A DNA stretch of 32,000 nt from an archaeon (GTDB lineage Archaea > Iainarchaeota > Iainarchaeia > Iainarchaeales > 1-14-0-10-31-34). This document shows, piece by piece, positions 9,336 through 16,879 of the stretch. The translations under genes and the position numbers were made by a program. The notes under the pieces were generated by a model, which was not told where the DNA came from, searched no databases, and worked only from the letters and a program-made list of their open reading frames with translations. Numbering within the stretch: position 1 is the stretch's first letter; each line of letters opens with the position of its first letter. The stretch lies in NCBI GenBank assembly GCA_024277355.1, contig JAJRVL010000004.1, forward strand, positions 480,001 through 512,000. Direction: 5' to 3'.

Positions 9336-10652
9336 TTATTCCTTTTCTTTGAAGTCTATTACTTTTCCTTTTGTATTTAATTTGAAGTCAAATGGTTCTT
9401 TGTTTATAAATACAACAGCAACCCATAAATCATCTTTTTTTTCAAGCGAAGTTATTTCAATCTTATTTTTTACTCCTAACTGATCTCCTAAAAATTCAAG
9501 AAGCAAATTAAATATTCTGTTATATTCTTTTTCTTTTTTGTATTTTTCTGATAATCTTTGTTTTTCTTTTTTCATTTTTTTCTTTAATTCTGCTTTTTTT
9601 GGAGCAGTCTTTATTTCAGTTATTTTTGAAACCAATTCAGTCAATGCTTCTTTTCCTTTTGCTTCGTTTTCTACTGCGTGTTTGTCTTTTATCATGCTGT
9701 TTAATGAAAAAATACTTGACTTTTTCTTTTCTTCTTTTTCTTCAAATGAAGAAAGCAAATTCCTTGAAGAAATACTTTGCAGCGGGACAAAAAGTTTTGC
9801 TTTTGATGAAATTTCATTGAAATCTTCTGAAAGGTTTTCCAAAACACTTCTTGTGTTTTTTAATGGAGAATCATTTTTTATTGTTTCAATGAAAAAAACA
9901 TTCTGCCAGGAAATAAGAAAATGCGAAACAAAAGAAGAATAAATTAAAAGCAGTAAAAGAAAAATCATAATATAAAAAATTAATGTAAAAGGGTAAACAA
10001 AAAGCTGGATAAAAGGATTAAAAATAAAAAATAAAACAAGATATGACAGGAAAAAAGTAATATAAGAAAACATCTGCATTGCAAAAACCTGAAATAAAAT
10101 AAAGGTCTTTTTCTGGTAAAACAAAATTAAAGCATCTCTTAAAGAAGTATATGAATCAACTTTTGAGTCAGCAAAAACATAAGATAAAACTGAAGATGTA
10201 ATTGATGAATTAACATTTGGAATAAATCCAATAAAACCTATTACTCCATAAATTTTTTTCATTACATTGGTTGTTTTTGTTTCAAATTCACGAAAATTAT
10301 TTGTTGAAGAAAATTTTTTCTTTATTAAATTAAATCCAAAACTTGCCTGAGTTGAAACAGGAATGTTTCTTCCTGAAATTAACTCTGAAATAACAACAGC
10401 TTCAGATGATCTTAATACATAAAGAATTCTTTTCCTGAAAAAAATCCAGTAAACAAAAAAAACAATTATTCCTATAACTAAAAATACTTCAGTTAAAGGA
10501 GAAGTTAAATTAAAAAAAACAGGAGTTAACACTGCAAACACCGCAATTAATACTGAAAACAAAACAAAATATGCATTTGCAATAATTCTTGCAATAACAA
10601 AAGGAGCAGTCTTAACTGAAATCTTAAATGCTTCTGAAATATAAAGTACCAT
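9336..10652 (-). CDS. polytopic membrane protein with K/E-rich coiled linker and small C-terminal beta-rich domain
   Basis: There are multiple long hydrophobic segments in the first ~250 aa. These are followed by a K/E-rich stretch (KKAELKKKMKKEKQRLSEKYKKEKEY) and the terminal IEITSLEKKDDLWVAVVFINKEPFDFKLNTKGKVIDF. No family recognised with certainty. Confidence 0.55.
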   Translation of the reverse strand: MVLYISEAFKISVKTAPFVIARIIANAYFVLFSVLIAVFAVLTPVFFNLTSPLTEVFLVIGIIVFFVYWIFFRKRILYVLRSSEAVVISELISGRNIPVSTQASFGFNLIKKKFSSTNNFREFETKTTNVMKKIYGVIGFIGFIPNVNSSITSSVLSYVFADSKVDSYTSLRDALILFYQKKTFILFQVFAMQMFSYITFFLSYLVLFFIFNPFIQLFVYPFTLIFYIMIFLLLLLIYSSFVSHFLISWQNVFFIETIKNDSPLKNTRSVLENLSEDFNEISSKAKLFVPLQSISSRNLLSSFEEKEEKKKSSIFSLNSMIKDKHAVENEAKGKEALTELVSKITEIKTAPKKAELKKKMKKEKQRLSEKYKKEKEYNRIFNLLLEFLGDQLGVKNKIEITSLEKKDDLWVAVVFINKEPFDFKLNTKGKVIDFKEKE

Positions 10653-10684
10653 AAGCTAAATACAGCTTAAAGATATTTAATAAT

Positions 10685-10760
10685 TGCTTTTGCATTAAAA
10701 AAACGTTAAATATTTTACCTTAAGAAAATGAAACTTATTTAAACTGCTTTTAATGCAAAA
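10685..10760. promoter_or_regulatory. 13-bp inverted repeat pair (candidate operator) in the promoter of the membrane-tethered wHTH regulator
   Basis: TTTTGCATTAAAA at 10688..10700 and its exact reverse complement TTTTAATGCAAAA at 10748..10760, both preceded by TGC. The starts are 60 bp apart. The second copy sits between a TATA-like TTATTTAAA (10735..10743) and the ATG at 10770. Confidence 0.3.
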
Positions 10761-10769
10761 TATAACAGC

Positions 10770-11354
10770 ATGGAAATAAGAATAGGAAAAGAAGAATTCA
10801 AAGCATTAAGTTCTGATACAAGAATAAACATAATTAAAATACTTAATACAAGAAATTACACTTTAAGTGAATTAGCAGCAAAACTAAACATGAGTTCTCC
10901 AACCATAAAACAGCATTTAGAAAGATTAGTGAATTCAGATTTAATTGAACAAAAAGACGAAGGAAGAAAATGGAAATATTATTCTTTAACAAGAAAAGGA
11001 AAAAAATTAATTGAACCAGAAGACTCCCATGTACTGATTTTGTTAGGAGCAAGCTTAATTGGATTAATGTTTTTAGTTTACATGTTATTTGGTTCAGGAG
11101 CAGTTTATGCTCCTGCAGGATATAAAATAACACAGGAAATAAGTTCGTTTGATGAAGCTGAAAAAATGATGACCGCTGATAACTCAAGAAATACTTCAGG
11201 AACAGAATTAACAGCAAAAAATAACGTAGCCACTGAAATAAAGAATTCTGAAACAGAAAACACAGGAATAATAACTGCATTGATTTTTGTGTCTTTAATT
11301 ATGGGATTTCTTATTGCAAAAGCATCAGAAAAGAAAAAAATAATCGACAATTAA
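10770..11354 (+). CDS. ArsR/SmtB-type winged-helix transcription regulator fused to two transmembrane helices
   Basis: FKALSSDTRINIIKIL...YTLSELAAKLNMSSPTIKQHLERLVNSDLIEQKDEGRKWKYYSLT is a textbook ArsR-type HTH plus wing. It is followed by TM1 (VLILLGASLIGLMFLVYMLF), a ~60-aa polar loop and TM2 (GIITALIFVSLIMGFLIA). Confidence 0.7.
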   Translation: MEIRIGKEEFKALSSDTRINIIKILNTRNYTLSELAAKLNMSSPTIKQHLERLVNSDLIEQKDEGRKWKYYSLTRKGKKLIEPEDSHVLILLGASLIGLMFLVYMLFGSGAVYAPAGYKITQEISSFDEAEKMMTADNSRNTSGTELTAKNNVATEIKNSETENTGIITALIFVSLIMGFLIAKASEKKKIIDN

Positions 11355-11396
11355 CGTGCAAAAAACTATTTAATTTAATTCAAACTTAATTCCGGA

Positions 11397-11951
11397 ATGA
11401 AAAAAGGATTAATCAGTTTTATTATTGTATTAATTTTTATTTTAATTTACTTTAATTTAATTTATTCAGTTAATTCATTTAATTCAAAACAAAATTTTAC
11501 TGAAGCTAACTTAATTGAAATAGAAAACACTTCATTCAGAAGAAACTTAATAGAAAATGCAGTTGACTCATTAATTGAAGAAACAATAAAAAAAGAAATT
11601 GCATTTGGTTCAGATAACCCTAAAATAATAAACAAAAAAATTTCAGGGAAACTAATTGAATTATTCAATGAAATAAGTGAAACTGAATTTAAGGAAATTC
11701 ATTCAGAAAAAAAATACAGTAAAACAGAAATAAAAGGAAAAAAACTTTCAAAAAAATTTATTGAAGAAAACACTAAAATAATTGTTTTTGGTTTAGACAA
11801 CAAACTTTATGAAACAAAATTTATTTACACCGGGGGAGTAAACAAAAACAATTTAATTGGAAGCAGGATAACTGAAAATAATTCAGAACAGAAATTTTTT
11901 ATTCCGGTTGATTATTCCGTTAAAGTGATTTCATTAAGGTTTATTGGATGA
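11397..11951 (+). CDS. pilin-like / N-terminally anchored protein (possible class III signal peptide)
   Basis: MKKG followed directly by a long hydrophobic helix (LISFIIVLIFILIYFNLIY). ATG start 42 bp after the regulator gene. It is the first gene of the plus-strand pilin-like run. Confidence 0.45.
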   Translation: MKKGLISFIIVLIFILIYFNLIYSVNSFNSKQNFTEANLIEIENTSFRRNLIENAVDSLIEETIKKEIAFGSDNPKIINKKISGKLIELFNEISETEFKEIHSEKKYSKTEIKGKKLSKKFIEENTKIIVFGLDNKLYETKFIYTGGVNKNNLIGSRITENNSEQKFFIPVDYSVKVISLRFIG

Positions 11952-11955
11952 AAAA

Positions 11956-12285
11956 ATGCTTAATTTAGAGGCAATAATTGTACTGTTTGCTTATTTTGTT
12001 TTAATTGGATTATTAGTTAATGCATTAACTAAAGCAAATACTTCTCTTGAAATAAAAACAGATTTTATGGAAGCAAAATCTAATTCACTTAAATGCGGAA
12101 TTACCGCAGATTCAATTTATTCTAATGCAGGCGGAAAAACAAAAATAAACGAAAACTGTTTTATTGAACATGGAAAAATTAAAAGTAAAATTGGAAACCA
12201 GACAACTGAAGAAAGAATTTTATCAGACAAAACATTTAATTCAGGAAATAAAATAGAAATAGGGGTTGAAGAGCATTACAAATAA
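11956..12285 (+). CDS. pilin-like protein (hydrophobic N-terminal helix with LEA motif)
   Basis: MLNLEAIIVLFAYFVLIGLLV resembles a pilin N-terminal helix, but no K/R-G leader is visible. The alternative TTG start at 11944 overlaps the upstream gene by 8 nt. Confidence 0.4.
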   Translation: MLNLEAIIVLFAYFVLIGLLVNALTKANTSLEIKTDFMEAKSNSLKCGITADSIYSNAGGKTKINENCFIEHGKIKSKIGNQTTEERILSDKTFNSGNKIEIGVEEHYK

Positions 12286-12712
12286 AGGAATTGTTTCAAC
12301 TGACGCAGTAATTGCATTGCTTGCTGTTTTGTTAATGATTTTTTTAATGATTAATTCATTAAATGAAACAATAATAAAAAACAAGGAAACAAAAAACTTG
12401 TTTTATTTAAAATCAAAAGCAGTTTTTTTTGCTGATTCATTAATAAAAAATTCAAATGAAATTAATCCTGAAAAAGGAATTGCATTTTATAACAAAGAAA
12501 AAAAAAGAGTTGAAGAAAATAAAATTGATTTAACTTTGCTGAAAAAAATAAGAAAAGAAAAGTTTACTGAATACTTAAAGGAAATTAAACTTGAATTTGG
12601 AGAAGAAAAAATACAAATAGGAAAAAAAGAAGGCAGCTGTTTTGAAGCAAGAAGGTTTATTTTAACTGAAAAAAAAGAAAAAGGCGTTATTTTTGTTTCT
12701 GCCTGCAATTAA
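12266..12712 (+). CDS. class III signal-peptide (type IV pilin-like) protein
   Basis: The N-terminus (M)KSITNKG-IVSTDAVIALLAVLLMIFLMI has a K-G cleavage-type motif, an acidic residue at +5 and then a hydrophobic helix. The frame opens at 12263 after a TAG, and the only start-like codon before the motif is TTG at 12266. It overlaps the upstream gene by 20 nt. Confidence 0.55.
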   Translation: MKSITNKGIVSTDAVIALLAVLLMIFLMINSLNETIIKNKETKNLFYLKSKAVFFADSLIKNSNEINPEKGIAFYNKEKKRVEENKIDLTLLKKIRKEKFTEYLKEIKLEFGEEKIQIGKKEGSCFEARRFILTEKKEKGVIFVSACN

Positions 12713-13046
12713 AGGTTTTACGTTTACTTTAGAGGCATTAATCAGCTTAATGCTTCTTGTAATGATTATTTCAATTCCAATAGAAGAAAACAAAAATGAC
12801 TTAGAAAAAATTTATGTTTTGCAGAAAGAAAATGATTTAATTAAAGTCTGGATTAAAACAAAAAATTTTGATGAAAAAGAATTAGAAAAAGATTTTAAAA
12901 AAATGTTTCCTTTTCAGAAAGGAGAAATAATTATTAACGGGAAAAAAACTGAAATTAAAGGAAAAAAAGGAGAAAATGAAATTAAATCAAATGGATTTTA
13001 TTATGAAAATGAATTAAAGAAAATTTCAGTTAAAGTTTTTATTTGA
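12693..13046 (+). CDS. class III signal-peptide (type IV pilin-like) protein
   Basis: (M)FLPAIKG-FTFTLEALISLMLLVMIIS has a K-G motif, a Glu near +5/+6 and a hydrophobic helix. There is no ATG upstream of the motif, so the TTG at 12693 (or CTG at 12666) must serve as the start. It overlaps the upstream gene by 20 nt. Confidence 0.55.
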   Translation: MFLPAIKGFTFTLEALISLMLLVMIISIPIEENKNDLEKIYVLQKENDLIKVWIKTKNFDEKELEKDFKKMFPFQKGEIIINGKKTEIKGKKGENEIKSNGFYYENELKKISVKVFI

Positions 13047-13445
13047 TTTAACTAAAATTCCTTTTTCTGTTTTAGTTAAAACAAAAACTGTTTTTTCATT
13101 TAAATTAATTTCACTGAAAGGAATTGTGTTTAATGGTTCTGAAACAAAAGTTTTCTGTTTATTGTATTTTTCAAGCAAAACAACAACATTTAATTTTTTA
13201 TTTTTATAACTGATTTTCCATTTAAGCAATGGTTTTGCGTTAAGGGTTATTTTTGAGTCATTTGACATTGAATTAAGTTCTCTTGCAGAAACAATAAAAG
13301 AGTCAGAAAAATTTTTTGCTTTAACTGAATCTAAAGCATAAATTCCTGAAAAAAATGTTTTGGAAATCAAAGGAGTAAAAAGCAAAAGAAAAGAAATAAA
13401 AGCAGACATTAATAAAAGAAATTCTAATGAAATCTGTCCTTTCAT
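13026..13445 (-). CDS. class III signal-peptide (type IV pilin-like) protein
   Basis: MKG-QISLEFLLLMSAFISFLLLF is the canonical archaeal prepilin N-terminus (K-G then Q, with E at +5). Its ATG overlaps the stop of the upstream small pilin gene (ATGA at 13442..13445). Its 3' end overlaps the convergent plus-strand gene by 21 bp. Confidence 0.65.
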   Translation of the reverse strand: MKGQISLEFLLLMSAFISFLLLFTPLISKTFFSGIYALDSVKAKNFSDSFIVSARELNSMSNDSKITLNAKPLLKWKISYKNKKLNVVVLLEKYNKQKTFVSEPLNTIPFSEINLNEKTVFVLTKTEKGILVKSNKNFN

Positions 13446-13612
13446 TTAATGTCACTTATTTCATCAAAAATTTTGTCTGTTTTCTTTTCTATTACTTCTG
13501 CGCCTTTTGTTCCTGTTTTTTGCAGTTGAGAAACTAAAATTAATGCAATTGCAACAACTGCCGCCAACAAAACAATCATTTCAACTGAAATCTGTGCTTT
13601 TTGTTCAATCAT
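13442..13612 (-). CDS. small class III signal-peptide pilin-like protein (56 aa), absent from the ORF track
   Basis: Hand translation of the minus strand from the ATG at 13612 gives MIEQKAQISVEMIVLLAAVVAIALILVSQLQKTGTKGAEVIEKKTDKIFDEISDIK, ending in a TGA stop. The K-A then Q-I-S-V-E motif (E at +5) plus a 20-residue hydrophobic helix is canonical. It is coupled by an ATGA overlap to the next pilin gene. Confidence 0.65.
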   Translation of the reverse strand: MIEQKAQISVEMIVLLAAVVAIALILVSQLQKTGTKGAEVIEKKTDKIFDEISDIK

Positions 13613-13634
13613 GAATTAATGCGCTTTCAAAAAG

Positions 13635-13642
13635 AATAAAAA
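13635..13642 (-). promoter_or_regulatory. TATA-like box for the minus-strand pilin operon (leaderless-type spacing)
   Basis: The minus strand reads TTTTTATT at -30..-23 relative to the ATG at 13612, with no Shine-Dalgarno-like purine tract in between. The same spacing occurs upstream of cdc48 and pheS. AT-richness makes this weak evidence. Confidence 0.3.
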
Positions 13643-13727
13643 TGATTTTCAACGTTAATTGACGAAAAAAGAAAAAGGTTTTATTAGTTTTCTTGATTTA
13701 ATTATTTATTAACTGATTGTGTTTTTT

Positions 13728-14387
13728 ATGGTTTCAAGAGAAATAAAAGATATTGTAATTGCATGGGTTGCTTTAAGTGTTGCTTTTGGCTTTGTTTTTT
13801 CAGGATTAAATTTGTTTGGAATACTTTCAGGAAGACTTTTTTCAGGAATCCTTTCATTTATTGTGTTACTGCCTGTTTCACTATTTATTGTAGGAACAGC
13901 TTTTGTTTTACACGAATTAGGACACAGAAATGTTGCAAGACATTTTAATTATTTTGCTGAATTCAGAAAATGGGATTCGGGATTAAAAATTGCATTAGGT
14001 TTTGCTTTTTTTATTGGCGCAATTTTTGCTGCACCCGGAGCAGTCTATATTGGTCAGAAAAGAAAAAAGTCATGGGAAGAACAAACAAGATGGGATAATG
14101 AATACCCTGAATACACTAAAGCATCAAATGAAATGGGTTTAATTTCTGTTGCAGGAGTAGTAATTAATATAATTTTAGGATTTATGTTTTTAGGTTTGCT
14201 TTATTTATTTCCTGATTCTTTTTTTAATTTTGTTTTTGAGTTAGGATTTAAAATTAATTTTATTTTAGCTGGATTTAATTTACTGCCTTTTGGCCCTTTA
14301 GACGGAAAAAAAGTAATGCAATGGAATCCATTAATTTGGGGAATTTTATTTATTCCAATTGCATTATGGTATTTTACTTTTTTTTAA
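13728..14387 (+). CDS. site-2 protease family (peptidase M50) intramembrane zinc metalloprotease
   Basis: HELGH (HExxH) lies inside a hydrophobic segment, and FNLLPFGPLDG matches the S2P NxxPxxxLDG motif. The protein is polytopic. The tracked start at 13719 is GTG, and the first ATG at 13728 gives MVSREIKD. Confidence 0.75.
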   Translation: MVSREIKDIVIAWVALSVAFGFVFSGLNLFGILSGRLFSGILSFIVLLPVSLFIVGTAFVLHELGHRNVARHFNYFAEFRKWDSGLKIALGFAFFIGAIFAAPGAVYIGQKRKKSWEEQTRWDNEYPEYTKASNEMGLISVAGVVINIILGFMFLGLLYLFPDSFFNFVFELGFKINFILAGFNLLPFGPLDGKKVMQWNPLIWGILFIPIALWYFTFF

Positions 14388-14388
14388 T

Positions 14389-14465
14389 TAAACTTTTTGA
14401 AATTTTCTTAAAAGTTTATGTTTGCGAAGCAAACCGTTTTTGATTAAACTTTTTCTAAAAGTTTA
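14389..14465. terminator. three tandem hairpins filling the convergent S2P/cdc48 gap (bidirectional terminator-like)
   Basis: Hairpin 1: TAAACTTTT (14389..14397) pairs with AAAAGTTTA (14410..14418), 12-nt loop. Hairpin 2: GTTTGC (14420..14425) pairs with GCAAAC (14429..14434), GAA loop, followed by T5. Hairpin 3: TAAACTTTT (14445..14453) pairs with AAAAGTTTA (14457..14465), TCT loop, and includes the cdc48 stop codon. Confidence 0.45.
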
Positions 14466-16829
14466 TTCTACGTAACTTGGCTTAAAAACAGAATAATGTT
14501 GTGAAAATTCATTGTATGCTTCAATTGTTTCTTTTGAAATTGAAGGCCTAATTTTTTTTAATGCTTCCAAGAAATGTTTTAGTTTAACGGGTTTTGTTTC
14601 CATTTTATTTTCAGCTAAAGAAATTAATACTGCTTCTCTTACCAACCCTTCAATGTCAGCTCCACTAAAACCTTCAGTTTTTTTAATTAATTCATCTAAA
14701 TCAACTTCTTTTTCTATTGGAACTTTTTTTAAGTGAATTTTAAATATTTCTTTTCTTGCTTTTTCATCTGGTGCAGGAACTAAAACTAATTTATCTATTC
14801 TTCCGGGCCTTAATAAAGCTGAATCCACTAAATCAGGCCGGTTAGTTGCAGCAATAAAAACAATATCCTTTAATTCTTCTACTCCATCTAATTCAGTTAA
14901 CAACTGATTTAATGCTCGATCTCCTATTCCTGATTCAGTTGAACCTCTTGAAACAGCCAAAGAATCAATTTCATCAAAAAAAACTATTACAGGAGAAACC
15001 TGTCTTGCTTTTTTAAAGATTTTTCTTATTCCCCTTTCTGTTTCTCCAACCCATTTTGAAATTAATTCAGGTCCTTTAATTGAAATAAAATTTGCTTCAG
15101 ATTCATTTGCTACAGCTTTAGCCAATAAAGTTTTGCCTGTTCCTGGCGGACCATATAATAAGACTCCTTTAGGAGATTTAATTCCCATTTTCTTGAATAC
15201 TGAAGGATTTTTTAAAGGCCATTCTACAGCTTGTTTTAATTCATTTTTTACTTCATTTAATGCACCAATATCGCTCCATTTAACAGTTGGAAGTTCAACT
15301 AAAACTTCTCTTAAAGCTGAAGGCTGCATTTCTTTTAATGCTTCATTAAAATCATTCTTATTTACTTCAAGTTTTTCTAAAACTTCAGATGGAATTTTTT
15401 CTTCTTCTAAGTCAATTTCAGGCAAATATCTTCTTAATGCTTTCATTGCAGATTCTTTTGCTAAAGCTTCTAAATCTGCTCCAACAAAACCATGCGTAAT
15501 TGAAGCAAAAGAATCCATAAAAATAGAAAGTAATTGATTAGTTATTTCATTAAATTCTTTTGTAGGAAGCGTCCTAATAAATTCTTTTCTTTCTTTAACT
15601 GAAAGTTCTTCATATTTTTCTTTTAATTCGTTTTTTCTTTTATCTGACATGCTGTCTTTTTTCAATTTACTTAATGCTAAAACAAATGAATCAGTGTCAT
15701 AAGATAAAGCAAGAGGCATTCCCCTTGTATGAATTTGTAAAATATTTTTTCTTCCTTTTTTGTCCGGTACGCCAATCTCAATTTCTCTGTCAAACCTTCC
15801 CGGTCTTCGTAAAGCTTCATCTAAAGAATTAACTCTGTTTGTAGCTGCAATAACAATTACATGTCCTCTTGCTTCCATTCCATCCATTGCAGAAAGTAAT
15901 TGAGCTACAACTCTTCTTTCAACTTCGCCCATAACTTCTTCTCTTTTTGGTGCAATCGCATCAATTTCATCAATAAAAATAATGCTTGGAGCATTTTCTT
16001 CTGCTTCCTTAAAAATTTGTCTTATTCTTTCTTCTGCTTCGCCTACAAATTTACTCATAATACTTGGAGCAGAAACAGGAATAAAATGAGCTTGGGTTTC
16101 ATTTGCTACAGCTTTAGCTAATAAAGTTTTTCCAGTGCCAGGGGGGCCAAATAACAAAACACCTTTAGGAGGATTAATTCCTAATTTATTAAATAATTCC
16201 GGATGACGCATTGGAAGTTCAATCATTTCTCTTACTTTTTTTACTTGTTCATCCATTCCTCCAATATCTTCATAAGCAACACTTGGAACTCCTTCTAATG
16301 CTTCTTTTGCTGGTTCTTCTTTCAAAACAAACTGAGTTAAATCAGTTACTTTAACTATTCCTTTTGGATTTGTATCAATTACATTATAAATAAAACCAGA
16401 ACCAAAAACAGAAATCCAGACATTATCTCCTTTATACAAAGGTCTTCCAATAAAACTTTTTTTTAGTATTCTGTCATAACCTGAAGCAATAATTCTTACT
16501 TCTTGAGTTGGAGCTAAAACAATTTTTTTTGCGTCATTAAAAACTGCTTTTGAAACTTTAACTTTTTCTCCTAAAGAAGCATTACATGAATGCCTGATTA
16601 AAGAATCCATTCTGATTACTCCTCTTCCTTCATCAGAGCTTTTTGCAGGCCAGATTATTGCAGCAGTTTTTTTTCCTGCCTCTAATTCAACTATATCTCC
16701 AGAAGTAACTCCTAAGAATTCTTTTGATGTTCTGTCCAAAGTAATTATTCCTCGGCCTACATGACTTTGGTCTGCATCATGAACTCTTAATTCTAATGAT
16801 TTTTTTTTCTGGTTTCCAATTGAAATCAT
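14463..16829 (-). CDS. cdc48: Cdc48/VCP/VAT-type double-ring AAA+ ATPase
   Basis: There is an N-domain ([21 protein letters not shown]...GRGVIRMD). Two AAA modules carry Walker A GPPGTGKT twice and Walker [10 protein letters not shown] / [10 protein letters not shown]. Second-region-of-homology arginines are present ([20 protein letters not shown]). D1 carries an extra ~55-aa insertion (see findings). Confidence 0.9.
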   Translation of the reverse strand: MISIGNQKKKSLELRVHDADQSHVGRGIITLDRTSKEFLGVTSGDIVELEAGKKTAAIIWPAKSSDEGRGVIRMDSLIRHSCNASLGEKVKVSKAVFNDAKKIVLAPTQEVRIIASGYDRILKKSFIGRPLYKGDNVWISVFGSGFIYNVIDTNPKGIVKVTDLTQFVLKEEPAKEALEGVPSVAYEDIGGMDEQVKKVREMIELPMRHPELFNKLGINPPKGVLLFGPPGTGKTLLAKAVANETQAHFIPVSAPSIMSKFVGEAEERIRQIFKEAEENAPSIIFIDEIDAIAPKREEVMGEVERRVVAQLLSAMDGMEARGHVIVIAATNRVNSLDEALRRPGRFDREIEIGVPDKKGRKNILQIHTRGMPLALSYDTDSFVLALSKLKKDSMSDKRKNELKEKYEELSVKERKEFIRTLPTKEFNEITNQLLSIFMDSFASITHGFVGADLEALAKESAMKALRRYLPEIDLEEEKIPSEVLEKLEVNKNDFNEALKEMQPSALREVLVELPTVKWSDIGALNEVKNELKQAVEWPLKNPSVFKKMGIKSPKGVLLYGPPGTGKTLLAKAVANESEANFISIKGPELISKWVGETERGIRKIFKKARQVSPVIVFFDEIDSLAVSRGSTESGIGDRALNQLLTELDGVEELKDIVFIAATNRPDLVDSALLRPGRIDKLVLVPAPDEKARKEIFKIHLKKVPIEKEVDLDELIKKTEGFSGADIEGLVREAVLISLAENKMETKPVKLKHFLEALKKIRPSISKETIEAYNEFSQHYSVFKPSYVE

Positions 16830-16851
16830 ACAAAAGAAATTAACTGAAATG

Positions 16852-16859
16852 ATTTAAAG
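16852..16859 (-). promoter_or_regulatory. TATA-like box upstream of cdc48
   Basis: The minus strand reads CTTTAAAT at -30..-23 from the ATG at 16829. The same octamer also precedes topA (21200..21207). Confidence 0.3.
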
Positions 16860-16879
16860 GTTAATGAAAAACAAAAGAA

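Noticed and set aside
13728-14387. The membrane protease next to the pilin cluster as the missing prepilin peptidase.
   Set aside because: It carries HExxH and NxxPxxxLDG, which identify a zinc M50/S2P enzyme. It lacks the paired-aspartate signature of A24 (PibD/FlaK/EppA) prepilin peptidases.
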